A stretch of DNA of 63,851 bases, filler included, from Octopus bimaculoides (lineage: Eukaryota), in the NCBI RefSeq assembly GCF_001194135.2. It is 5 parts of 4 records of this genome, joined end to end, with 100 filler letters (N's around TTAATTAATTAA, not from the genome) between each part and the next. Parts side by side here need not be neighbours in the genome. Positions count along the whole stretch, not along the records: positions 51,570 to 62,248 come from NC_068981.1; positions 62,349 to 63,851 come from NW_026338588.1; 3 more parts are not named here. The stretch is one strand, 5' to 3'. The translations under genes and the position numbers were made by a program. This document shows positions 51,948-63,460 of the stretch, one piece after another. Under the pieces are notes generated by a model. The model saw nothing but the letters and a program-made list of their open reading frames with translations, was not told where the DNA came from and did not search any database. The stretch's first letter is position 1, and each line of letters begins with the position of its first letter.

Positions 51948-53043
51948 TATTTTATATATTTATATATATATTAGACAAAATGAGATAACAAAGTGAAGAC
52001 TCTGAGGAGTTTTCAGGACATTTATAAGGAAAAAGATTTAGACGTAGCCTTACAGCTGTTTCCTTTTCTCACTCCTTTCACCCTTTCTTCACCTTTTCTC
52101 TTCGCTCATTTTCCTTTTTCTCTTTTTGCTCTCTTTCTTCCTCTCATATTCTCTTCCTGTTTTCATTTTGACCTATCTCCTCATTCTACACACACACATC
52201 TCTCCCTCCAACTATCTATCCACAAATACTACCAATACATTCTCAAAGTTTCATTCACACCACAAACCCTTTCAAATGAGCAACACAGAATCCACGGCTA
52301 CATGCTTTGAAATTACTAAACATGAACAACCGAATATTAAATGTTATATTCAAACAAATTGTTTACACGATACTTCAATTAGAATTTCCCATTCGGTAAT
52401 AATAAACCAATAAAAGACACCTTAATTCAACAAAAGTTATGACCAAGTTATTATCTATATCTACTGGCAAAGCAAATACTTTTTGTGATCAAAGAAGCAA
52501 TTACGAGATTAAAATTCCAAAAAATATCGATGAAAGAAATCACTTATTCAATAATAGGCATAAAGATAGAATTTTAAATTCAGATTTTTTTAGATCATCG
52601 AGATTTTGAAAAGTGTTGTACAAAAGCTAAAATATGATTTTGATGCTGTTATGATGAAATCATGGATTCCAGGAAAGAATCATATTAGAAAAGTAATATT
52701 TTTGTGGATGTATTCGTGAGTGCTTGCAAACGCGAATGAATTATGCGTGATTATGTGTGATTATATATTCGTGTATAAGAGCACCGTAGACATGAGTATA
52801 CACATCAAATAATTCAAAAGAAAAACGTTCAAAGGAATTTAAAGCATATAAACAGCAACTAAATTACGTTTGGGAGACTGAAACATTGCTGGAGAGCACT
52901 GAATGGAGCTATTGAGATAAGAACACTCAACATGACAATAAACAAATTTAGAAACAAGTTTAACCTCGATTCCTACAACTTGAACAATTGAAAGCATCTT
53001 TTATTTTTCTAAAGCATTTCTGCTGGAAATATTTTCTTAACTC

Positions 53044-53083
<40 letters not shown>

Positions 53084-53954
53084 AAATCTTAGACGGATAA
53101 AAATGTCTTTAGGTAAAAAGAATGATAGGTGAAAAGAATGATAGCGTTAACAAGAATAGCGTTAAGATGCAACGATATTTCTGATGCAAGCTTCACTTGA
53201 GTTGCAACCGTCACCACCACCACCACCACCACCACCACCACCACTAATACTACTACTACTAGTACTACATGTTGTCAATGTATTTTGAGAGTTTCTATTG
53301 CACCGCTAAACACATCAAGCTGGAACTTACAGTTCCATAGGAAGAGTGTTATGAAAAGAAAAAAAATTGCAAAGAGAGAAACCAACCGGAAAATATAAGA
53401 AAACTGGTAGAAAGTTGCCATAATAGAGGCTCGAATACACACTGTACCCATAGAGTCGAGCTGGTGAAACTTTACAGAATGCTCGCACTGCAAAATCCTT
53501 AAATGATTGGTTAGTAGAGGAGCAACTATATAGAAAATCATTGAATCCTCTAGGGAAACTGCTGAGAAACCTATCAAGTGAATCGAGATTAACAGGGCCG
53601 AGCAATGGATCGTTAACGTTGCAACCAAGCTGGTACCTGATCAACATAAGCTGCGTAACGCGGACGAAAATGTCTTATGCTGAAAGACATGAACCACCCG
53701 GATTAAGAGTTAAATGTCAGTTAAAACGCCTTGTTAGTACCTTCAACTCGTTATTTACTCAGTTCAAATCCAACCATGGCTATCATTGCTCTAGTGTCCA
53801 TAAAATAAAGTATCAGTCAAGTGTTAGGAGCGAGAGCATCGTCTAACGCCACGCAACTCAAAATTATAATAATGCCCAAATCAGTAAATCATTAATCATC
53901 ATCATCATCATCATCATTGTCGTCGTCGACGTCGTCGTCGTTGTTGTTATTATT

Positions 53955-54335
53955 CCTTCGTAACACAGCGTAGGTAAAAATGCACCGAAGTCTTTAGTCA
54001 TCTGTCAAGTCACAACAAGTACCTCAGACAGATAATACTTTCCTTAAGATGTGCACTGTCAAATACTTGGCAAGATTTCTTTCACTCCTTATACAATGCT
54101 CTATGCTACTTAGTCCTCTGCCACCATTCATTCTTTTCATACACAGTCTGTTTACGTTTGCTTTAAGGTGTAGCACCGCATACAGCGTCATCAACTTTCT
54201 CATCCTTCTATCCAGTGTTGATATTTCCTCCTTAGTCCATTTGAGGGTGGACGCATTATATCCCACCACCGCAACTCCCCATATTTCCAAAGGTGAATTA
54301 TTCAAACCCCAGAGAATTCTTCTCAACACATGGCT
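53955..54335 (-). mobile_element. R4/Dong-type LINE copy A (RT thumb fused to C-terminus, plus 3' UTR)
   Basis: WGVAVVGYNASTLKWTKEEISTLDRRMRKLMTLYAVLHLKANVNRLCMKRMNGGRGLSSIEHC then directly TVHILRKVLSV*; triplet-repeat tail at 53890-53955. Confidence 0.82.
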
Positions 54336-54344
54336 ATGATGCTA

Positions 54345-54572
54345 CCCCACTATTTCTGCTCGTGATCAGAGGTGCACATATCATCAGCCACTAAAGTACA
54401 TGCTCAACTGGTTAAGATCAAGCAACTGACTAGCAAATCTGTGGTATTGAGTAGAATATTTGCTGTGGCCCATCTTTTATACCAAGACAAATCAATATAC
54501 ATGATAGCACCTCCAATCAATTAAGATAAGAATCCATGAGAACCACTGTCTGTTGCCGCATCAGGGCATTTA

Positions 54573-54575
<3 letters not shown>
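54345..54575 (+). mobile_element. Unclassified interspersed repeat 3' end with (ATT)n tail
   Basis: catgctcaactggttaagatcaag...gcatcagggcattt followed by attattatt; recalled as a common Octopus repeat, not verified. Confidence 0.5.
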
Positions 54576-54611
<36 letters not shown>

Positions 54612-55490
54612 GATTGACATTTCCTTTGTATTTGTACACGTTAGCTTCAAGTCTTACCCATAGAACTCAAGAGACAAAAAGTTAGAATTTCATGGCGTTA
54701 TTGCTAGGGTGCCATACATTTGGTTTTGTTCATAGTATTGTTTTAAAGAATGTTTAAGGAAACATAAGAAAATTATGAGGTTTTTAAACGTTTAAGATTA
54801 CATAGACAGTATTTTACGTAGGATATGGGCAGTTCCCATGAGCACTATCTTTTGAATTTCTGCCATTTTGGAGTTTCCTGGTATCTGAGCTAGGTAGCAG
54901 TCAGCCGCATTTGGTCTCATTCCTAGGGCACCTATGACAACAGGTATAGTTTTAGTCTTGGGGTTTCACATTTTGCCAATTTCTGTTTCAAGATCTCTAT
55001 ACTTGCTCAGTTTTTGGTAGGTCTTGACAGATACATTTATATCGATTGGGATAGTCATATCAATGAAGAGGCATGATTTTTTTTTATCTGAAGTCTTTTA
55101 ACATATTGTCTGGCCTATTTGCATCTATCTTTCTGTCAGTTTGAATGGTTAAGTTCCAGAGGGTAGAGATGCGATCATTTTCAAGCGCTGGAGGTATTCC
55201 TACTAGTTTTTATCATGGGGCAGGTCCAGGTTTTTGCAAATTACTCAGTGAATATATTGTCTATCATGCCTGTTGAGATACTCTGTAGACGCACGAAGAC
55301 TGCACATAGAGACAACAGGATCAATGGTTTCGTTTTGTTGTTGACATACGCGACTTGTTTAGCAGCTGCCGTTCTTTAATATGTTGGCCTGGTAGTTTCT
55401 TGTAGGTAAGCATTGATCTTGGGCTGCTATGATAAGCCCTTCTGTTTCTGATTTTGATTTCTGATTTCTGATAAGTGAATTGCAAATACA
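54612..55490 (-). mobile_element. R4/Dong-type LINE copy B (Zn-knuckle, RLE endonuclease, 3' UTR), 5'-truncated
   Basis: GLIIAAQDQCLPTRNYQANIL...RVCQQQNETID...NRPDN...FIDMTIP...KLSKY...IPVVIGALG...GTAHILRKILSM* (stop 54798-54800); stops and frameshifts present. Confidence 0.88.
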
Positions 55491-55556
55491 ACAAATTCCA
55501 GAATCATACGTATTAGAAACAAGCACAGAAAAAGCTAAGCGTATGAAAACCCGTGC

Positions 55557-55629
<73 letters not shown>

Positions 55630-55631
<2 letters not shown>

Positions 55632-56745
55632 CTATTAATCTGCATGTTTGTTGCAGTGATTCATCGAGACACACCCAGCGTCCTAAGGTGAGTGAATAAT
55701 GAGAGGTATCAGAGTATGGCTGAAAGCTTGAGAAGGATAAGTGACAGGTTATGTAGCGAAATATCTTCATGTAATACAGCACATGCATTTAAATTGATAG
55801 GGGTTTTCTAAAGATGTGAGCAGTAATTGCCAGCACAGTCTTTTGGATTTCTCTGAGACATGGTTCTCCTGGGATGTTATCTAGATATTTCTGACATCCC
55901 TTTTTTATTATACCTTATGCACCTACAATAATAAGAACAGTTCCTGCTTTAAGATGCCACATCCTTTGTACTTAAATTTCTAGGTGTTTATATTTACTTA
56001 GTTTGTCAAATTCCTTTGCAGATATATATTTATTAGTGGGAACACATCTATTCGTCTACAAGTATTTTCTTCCAACTTTGTAATAATTATATCTGGTCGA
56101 TTAATCTGGATCGTTCTGTCGGTGTTGACAGGAAAATCCCAGAGGATAGTGAGATTTTTACCTTCAACGACTGGTTCAAGATAATGTTGATACCAGTAAA
56201 ATGGAGTATCGATTTTTTATTGTTTATATATTTTCTAATATAAACTCTGTCTTACCCTATTGTGGCGATTTTTGTATTCGTTTGATGTCAACACAGAACG
56301 TCACTTAACAAGATTGTCCCTTGTTTCCTCAAATGTGTCACAGAATCTGCATTTAGAATTAGAACTCTTTTGAAGAACGTTAGCCTGGTAGTTTCTGGTA
56401 AGCAAGCTTTGATCTTGTGCTGTCAACATGAAAGCTTCAGTCTCTGCTTTCAGTTCTGAACTTCTCAGTCACTGATGGATAGTTCCTTGGTTTACATCAG
56501 CATTTCGACTTCGAAGAGTATACTGTCCATGCAGAGGCTTCGGGCACCGCTGTTCCTCAATTTGTTTCTGTCAGTTCCATTTCGCAGTCTGCTTCATCCA
56601 TTTCGCTTGTTTGGTGGCAGTGGTCTCGGGGTTTTCTTCTAATTCAGAGTTATGGCCGAGTTCCCTTGCGAATTTGCAAGCTTCTTTGACAACAGAATGT
56701 GTCTTTTTGCTGCTGTCATATTTGCATATAAGCCGCAGCATCCAG
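55630..56745 (-). mobile_element. R4/Dong-type LINE copy C (post-RT region, Zn-knuckle, RLE, 3' UTR), 5'-truncated
   Basis: KPLHGQY...LKAETEAFMLTAQDQSLLTRNYQ...KCRFCDTFEET...ILWDFPVNTDRTIQINRPDII...KLSKY...TAHIFRKPLSI* (stop 55789-55791); (AAT)n tail at 55558-55628. Confidence 0.88.
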
Positions 56746-56747
56746 TG

Positions 56748-56788
<41 letters not shown>

Positions 56789-57339
56789 TATTATTATTAT
56801 TATTATTATTATTGCTAGTAGAAAGACCGCCCTCCGGGAGGTTTTCTGCTAGCCATTCGATAATATTTCCACATTTGATTCCCAATTCTAGTAAATGTTA
56901 TGATATCTTACGTCTAATTATTTATTTGTGTAATAGTGCTCACTTGCTTAGTAAATATTGCTTTCATTATTTTATCAGTCATAATCTCTCTTTTTTAAAG
57001 AGTTGATCTGTTATATATATTTATCACAAATAACAGGTAGAACTTACATAGGTGTACATACATAGATAGATAGGTAGACAGATAGATAGATATAGGGAGG
57101 GAAAGATACACACACTCACGCACACAAAAGTTTGGTGCTGTGAGAACACAAGGGAATGACGGCTCCTTGCTTTTTCAAATATACCCGAATTTAAAATGAT
57201 CTAATATAACGATATCATTCATTCAGCATGTGTTTGAAATATGCCAAAACAATTTACTTCCACACAAATAAATGTTACTTTGCAAATAATTTATGTGTTA
57301 ATTCTATTTACTGAAACTTGCTAAAGAGCATATTTTGCT

Positions 57340-58400
57340 TCAAAGTAGTATCTCCTTGTAGACACAATTGTCAGTAATCATACTGTTTCCATTTCTCTCA
57401 GCCAATATTATTACATTAGCCTTCTTTCGAACTCTTGATAATGCAACATACAGCTGACCATGTGAGAAGAATTGTGCCAAAGATATATTCTAATTTGTTC
57501 AAAAGTCTGTCCTTCTGCCTTGTTCCATTTCTTGAGATATATGTACTCTTCTTGGGATTAGCAGAGTTGATCCTGCATGAGGACGAGAAAAACCCTCAGC
57601 CTTAATAACATGATCATGTAAACTGACAATGATGTAGTGTGTGCCATTGCAATGTCCATTAGTAGCAACTAAATTTCTCAGAAGCATTATGCATCGTTTT
57701 TCTTCATTTTGAGAATGTGTGGTGGAAACCCTGATGGTGTAAGCTTGTTGATGAACTCGAATGTGTACAGAGTTTCATTATCAACTGTATCTGAGCTTCT
57801 GTATATTTTTAGCTCACCAGGGATTCTGGTCAACAGAAAATCATTCACAAATTGTACTACTTCATTTGTTGGATTAACGATGGTTCTATTTGCAAGCCAC
57901 ACAGAGTTTGTGAGGTTATTTTTAAGGTGAGCATATACAAAATCACACAGATCTGAAAGAGTACCATTTTCAAGATAAGGGTAGTTTGATTTTGAATTCA
58001 CCTAGGCTTTGCTCACCAGAAATGTTACTATTTCCTACATCAAGAAGGTAATTAGCAAACTCTCTTTCATCAGAATAACCTTCTGTAAGAAGTCTTAGAT
58101 TGGTTGTCAACTCCAGTACTTCCACGTGATCGCAAAGAAAAGATCTATTTAATTTTGCATCAACAATCTGTGATCCGACACTATTATTTTGAAACAGAAT
58201 ATCCTCCTCCCGAGATCCCCTAACAAGTGGGTCATGTGTAGCGGAAACAGAGTCATATCTACGTCTCCGTGCAAATTCAGGCGTCTGTTTCAGTCGCTTG
58301 CCCTGGTTTCATCTGATTCAGTTACCCGTCTTTCTCTCTACCGTTGCGCCTTTGCTGCTAAATTTTCTTTTCCAGTCGCATATTACATATGTTAAAAACT
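57340..58400 (-). mobile_element. Internally deleted Helitron Rep/Hel ORF remnant (N-terminus joined to PIF1 helicase)
   Basis: HVEVLELTTNLRL...FANYLLDVG; WLANRTIVNPTNEVV..VN...IPGELKIYRSSDTV...EFINKLTPSGFPPHIL; MLLRNL..NGHCNGT; NKAEGQTF; FSHGQLYVALSRV; TDNCVYKEILL* (stop 57340-57342). Confidence 0.9.
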
Positions 58401-58512
58401 ATCTTGTTTAGCGTGCTAGAAATAGCAGCGATCACATAGTTATTATCGTAAGGCTTATAGCGTTCCAAGTAGCCATACCAACAAAATCACTTCTTCATTT
58501 CAAACCAAAAAT

Positions 58513-58779
58513 TATACCGGTATATCAAAGAATTTTCATTTTATCAAAAATATTCATCTAAAAAACTCCTGAAACTGATAATATTCTGGAAATTGTACCT
58601 CGTATCAAAGTTATAAAGCTATTTTGTGTAATAGCATGCATTCATTCAAAACAAAATCTCTTAAAAAATATACCGGTATATTAAAAATATTTCATTTTAT
58701 CAAAAATATTCATTTAACAAACTCCGGAAACTGATAATATTCTTGAAATCGTGTCTCGTATCAAAGTTATATAGCTATT
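58513..58779. repeat. Direct repeat with 156-bp period (58513-58623 and 58669-58779)
   Basis: tataccggtatat...ttttatcaaaaatattcat..aa.aaactcc.gaaactgataatattct.gaaat.gt..ctcgtatcaaagttata.agctatt occurs twice. Confidence 0.9.
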
Positions 58780-58843
58780 AGTGATGAAAATAGAGGCAAG
58801 CGAGAATGAGAGACTGTTGCTAATAAAAACAAAAAAAATGTAT

Positions 58844-58925
<82 letters not shown>

Positions 58926-59454
58926 ATACATACATGGTAAGTCTTGACAATTTTGAGAAAAGCCATTGTTGTAAAAAAAAAGTGCGTCTCTAGGCTATCA
59001 GAGTCTGGTAGGAACAAAGAATTTAATTATCTCTAAATGTGCAGGAAATTAGTATTGGAAGAGTAAAGTACAGAGAATTTGGAGGAGAATGAATTTGTAG
59101 TGCAAAGAGAATAAGCTGAATGTCGGAAAGGAGGGCTACCGTTGTTAAGAACAAGCAAATCACCCTTTTCATTCTGATTGTTATTCTCCTTCCAGCCCTC
59201 AAAGTTTGCTTCATTCTATTTCTGCCTTCTCATCTTTCTAGATAATTCAGAGTTCTGGTAATACTTCGTTCCTGTCACCCAAAATTCGTTTCTCTCTATT
59301 TCTCTATTTCTTCCTCTCTCTCTTCTCTTTCTGTCTCTCACTCTCTCTTTCTCACTCTCTCTTTCTCTCCCTGTTTTTGGGAAGTAATATTATCATTAGT
59401 AAAGCACACACACACACACACACACACACATTTCACACTCACACACATTCACAG

Positions 59455-59725
59455 AGAGAGAGAAGGGAGAGACAGAGAGAGACAGAGAGACAGAGAGAGA
59501 CATAGAGACAGAGAGAGAGACAGAGAGAGAGACAGAGAGAGANNNNNNNNNNAGACAGAGAGAGAGACAGAGAGAGAGACAGAGAGAGAGGGGGAGAGAG
59601 AGGGGGGAGAGAGACAGAGACAGAGAGACACAGAGAGAGAGAGACAGAGAGAGAGAGAGACAGAGAGAGAGAGAGACAGACAGACAGACAAAGAGAAAGA
59701 AAGACAGAGAGAGAGAGAGAGAGAA
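59455..59725. repeat. Compound (GA)n/(GACA)n tract
   Basis: Direct reading. Confidence 0.9.
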
Positions 59726-62039
59726 ATGCATAACATGCTTGTCGAAACACCCTTACCCACAGAAACCTATTATTGACATACTGAAACTATGTAAATTGTC
59801 AGTATGCAGCGAAAGCGTGAAGGCAAAGTGATGCCAGCATGTGCGTTAGATTAAATTATTTATTCCATGTTTCAAAATTCATTCTTTAAATGAAAGTTAT
59901 TACGTTTAAGTTCAAAGAACGTTTAAATTGAAAGAACGAAAATATTCTGTAATATGATAATGTATACTGCTATTTGTACTCTGGGTTATATGTTCGATAT
60001 CCTTTGATTGCTGAACACTTTTATTCTTTTTCTAAATAGACATAATTCGATATGATTCTCAAATAAAATCGATCCTAAAACTGTGAAATCAATGCCCCAC
60101 TTAGAGCGTTTTACCAATTATTTTAGTCAAAACGTTTTAAAAATTCAGAATTTTGATCTTTTCATATCATGACATTCAACAATGTACGGTTTGGAGCTAT
60201 TTGTGTTTATCATCTATGGTGGATACTCCCACGCTAGAGGTAGCAGTAATTCACTCCAGCTCGCAATATATAGAAAAATAAGTGGCAACCAAACACTGAT
60301 CTTGCAACAAGCAAATTAGCTAGTCAGAAAATCTCTATAAACTGAGAAATAATGTTCATCGCGACCTCAACATAGCTGTTCCGTAGGAAACGACGTTACA
60401 ACCAATTTAACCCCAAAGATCTCGAAACTGTACAGTCTAATGTCCCGTCGCTGGAAGATGATAAGAGCTCGCCCCCCTGCTTGCAATATATATATCGGGA
60501 GCAGGTTGTTTGTGCGTGCGTGTGTGTGTATTTTTATATATATATATATATATATNNNNNNNNNNNNNNNNNNNNNNNNNNNNNNNNNNNNNNNNNNNNN
60601 NNNNNNNNNNNNNNNNNNNNNNNNNNNNNNNNNNNNNNNNNNNNNNNNNNNNNNNNNNNNNNNNNNNNNNNNNNNNNNNNNNNNNNNNNNNNNNNNNNNN
60701 NNNNNNNNNNNNNNNNNNNNNNNNNNNNNNNNNNNNNNNNNNNNNNNNNNNNNNNNNNNNNNNNNNNNNNNNNNNNNNNNNNNNNNNNNNNNNNNATATA
60801 TATATATATAGTAGTATCAACGCTAAGCAATGATGAAGAATGAACGAAATTTATGTTAGTTGAAATATGTTTGACATATTTCTACTTCTGAAGGCAGCTG
60901 CCGCGTAGACAGAATTCTCGCTTATAATAAAATGACTCTCAGACGCGTTTTTCTGGTGCTTTTGCCTTACTCAGTAGGAGATGTCGAACAGAGATAACTC
61001 TGACAGATTCTAAAGCCGTAGCGTTATCTTAACAGGCTCAATAAATATCAGTGACTGAGTTGCGCTCGCTGACCACCAGACCTGAAACAAAATACAATAT
61101 CTATGCGAAGCAATGGTGAGGAATATTTGTTATTACTATAATCAAGAATTTCTTCCCGTTAACTGCTGCGACTTTTCATTTAAAAGTAGAAATATGTAAC
61201 AAACTTGTTTTACCTAACCCTAATGTTCATATATTTATACACGCATCTTTGCACTTACCTGTACTTACTTTAGTATCCTTTATGACGACTTTTACCATCT
61301 AAGCAGTATATGTGTACAGTAATTCGATCGTGTTTTCACTTTAGCCTTCTCGACAGTATCTGAATTTTTTAACACCACTGTATTGTCTCTGTAAACAAGC
61401 TGCAAGTCTTTTAACACTTAATGAAAATACATCAGCTCTGATGGTATTATATTTGATTTGAGCAATTAGCCGCAGTACTATAAAGACTAGCGTCACAAGT
61501 CTATTTTTCCTTCTCTTCCAAATTCAATAGTATTAAGAACTAATTGATGAATGCTGTTGATTATTAATAGTGGAGAAAAAGCTATGATGCTTAATGTTTG
61601 GCTTTCTTTTATTTCATTTGAGTGTGAAACGAATAAATAATTTAGTTTTATGTTTAGATATTAGTTAATGAAGTGGTGACCTAATACGCCTAGCAGTTCA
61701 ATATGTCATGAGAAAGGTTTTTCTTAGTAATAAAATAAAACCGTTTTATATGGGTGTCATGGGTACAAGGTGCAAAATATTGCTCATATACAGAAACTTC
61801 ATTTGAAAACTGGGTGCTGGAATTGAGAGGAAGAAATGAGGCAGATACTAATAATTTATTTGAGAAGTGCTACACTCATAAACATAAACACAGTAGAAAA
61901 TACGTCACGGTCACCAGAATATGTTACGAGGAAGGATGACTTCCTTTTTCTTGATATATGTACAATCTGTATGTATTTGGTGAGGTTTTATTCATAAAAG
62001 TCGAAAGCACCAGGTTAGCATTGCTGCATTTAACAGAGA

Positions 62040-62130
62040 TTTAGTAACCAACAGTCGTTCGAACATGGTTTGATAGCCATGTAGTCTCGATTTCAGTCCC
62101 ATCTCAAGACAAGTTTCGGCAAGTGTTTTC
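62040..62130 (+). mobile_element. Degenerate SINE type B fragment
   Basis: ccatgtagtctcgatttcagtcccatc...tttcggcaagtgttttctgttctata. Confidence 0.4.
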
Positions 62131-62159
62131 TGTTCTATATTTGAGAGATGAGGACTTAT

Positions 62160-62248
62160 GTACATTATATACATTATTTCCATTTGACGAATATTTGTCC
62201 TCATCTTGTTTGCTGTTAACACAACGTTTCGGCTGATATACTCTCAAG
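62160..62248 (-). mobile_element. Penelope-like terminal repeat fragment carrying half a hammerhead, cut by a gap
   Basis: Minus strand ...gagtatatCAGCC GAAA CGTTGTGTTA...; the CUGANGA half would fall in the N gap starting at 62249. Confidence 0.5.
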
Positions 62249-62348
62249 NNNNNNNNNNNNNNNNNNNNNNNNNNNNNNNNNNNNNNNNNNNNTTAATTAA
62301 TTAANNNNNNNNNNNNNNNNNNNNNNNNNNNNNNNNNNNNNNNNNNNN
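62249..62348. other. Scaffolding linker artefact N44-TTAATTAATTAA-N44
   Basis: Same 100-bp construct as 21438. Confidence 0.95.
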
Positions 62349-62383
<35 letters not shown>

Positions 62384-62857
62384 ACACACACACATTTGGA
62401 CAAATACGCATAATTCGATTAGTGTGTTTAAATGTTGAGTAGAGCGTCGGCACAGTTTAGGCTACTTATTGTCAGCCGCAGTTGTGGTATACTTTCGTTG
62501 GATCTACTTCAGGAACTCCGCAATGACAACATAATAGTATTAATTAATAGAAGGATATTGTTGCATTTCCCTCGGAAGACTCGCACTCGCAGAGATAACA
62601 CAACGAGTTGTCCAATTTAATTATTACATTTATTATTCAATTACATACAAAGAACGCACTCACCCAATGTTCGTTATGAATAAACAAGAATCATGTCCGC
62701 CATATATATCCATGACATTTTACTACCCTAGTCCTTCAGAACAACAACAATGAAACAATGAACTCAGACGAACCACAGTGACACACGGAACGTCAGACGA
62801 ATTACATATCTAACAGTCCATATAACAGATATGGATTTCGAATTAGACTTTTATTAG

Positions 62858-62902
62858 GTACGACATATGTTTCGACCCATCAGTTTGGGTCTCTTCAGGT
62901 AC
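62858..62902 (-). ncRNA. Minimal type I hammerhead ribozyme (Penelope/retrozyme style)
   Basis: GUAC-CUGAAGA-GACCC(AAACUGAU)GGGUC-GAAA-C(AUAU)G-U-C-GUAC: all core nucleotides present, G10.1-C11.1, GUC cleavage triplet, palindromic helix III ACAUAUGU, AATAAAA 3 nt downstream. Confidence 0.8.
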
Positions 62903-63207
62903 ATTGATAAAGAAGTCTTACTAGTGATTTTTAATGCCGGCTGGCTTGTTGTTATGTGCCCATCAAGTTCGAGAATGAATAAATGCAAATAATATTATAG
63001 AAACACTAAAAATACCAATATGAACGTGGAAATCATGCGTTCCAGTTTCGATAAAATGACCTAATCAGCTTTCGCTGTCATAACTGCTTAGAGGAAAAAG
63101 AAGGTAGAAAAGAAGATTAATACATAGAAAAGTAGTTTTATGTTCGTGCATTTATACACACACACATATATACATATACATACATACATATATACATACA
63201 TACACAG

Positions 63208-63242
<35 letters not shown>

Positions 63243-63420
63243 CATATACATACATACATACATACATTTACATACATACATACCTACATACATATATGGA
63301 CATACATGTATACACAAACTCATATATGTAGGTAATATATGCATATACATACACACATGAAGACACACAGACACAAAGACACACACATTATACACATACA
63401 CTCACACACTCATATGTATG

Positions 63421-63460
<40 letters not shown>

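Noticed and set aside
52200-52660. Possible L1-like ORF2 C-terminal remnant on the plus strand
   Set aside because: Only compositional resemblance; no ordered motifs could be read
59220-59243. Possible Helitron 5' end (minus atctagaaagatgagaaggcaga, similar to atctatactataaaaggcaga)
   Set aside because: Match too degenerate to fix a boundary
62762-62800. Hammerhead ghost on the plus strand (cagacga..acc..gg aac gtc)
   Set aside because: Several core positions are wrong and helix I does not pair; at most a decayed inverted copy
63040-63072. CTGATTA-GGT..ATC-GAAA on the minus strand
   Set aside because: G8 is substituted and there is no helix III or NUH; compatible with chance
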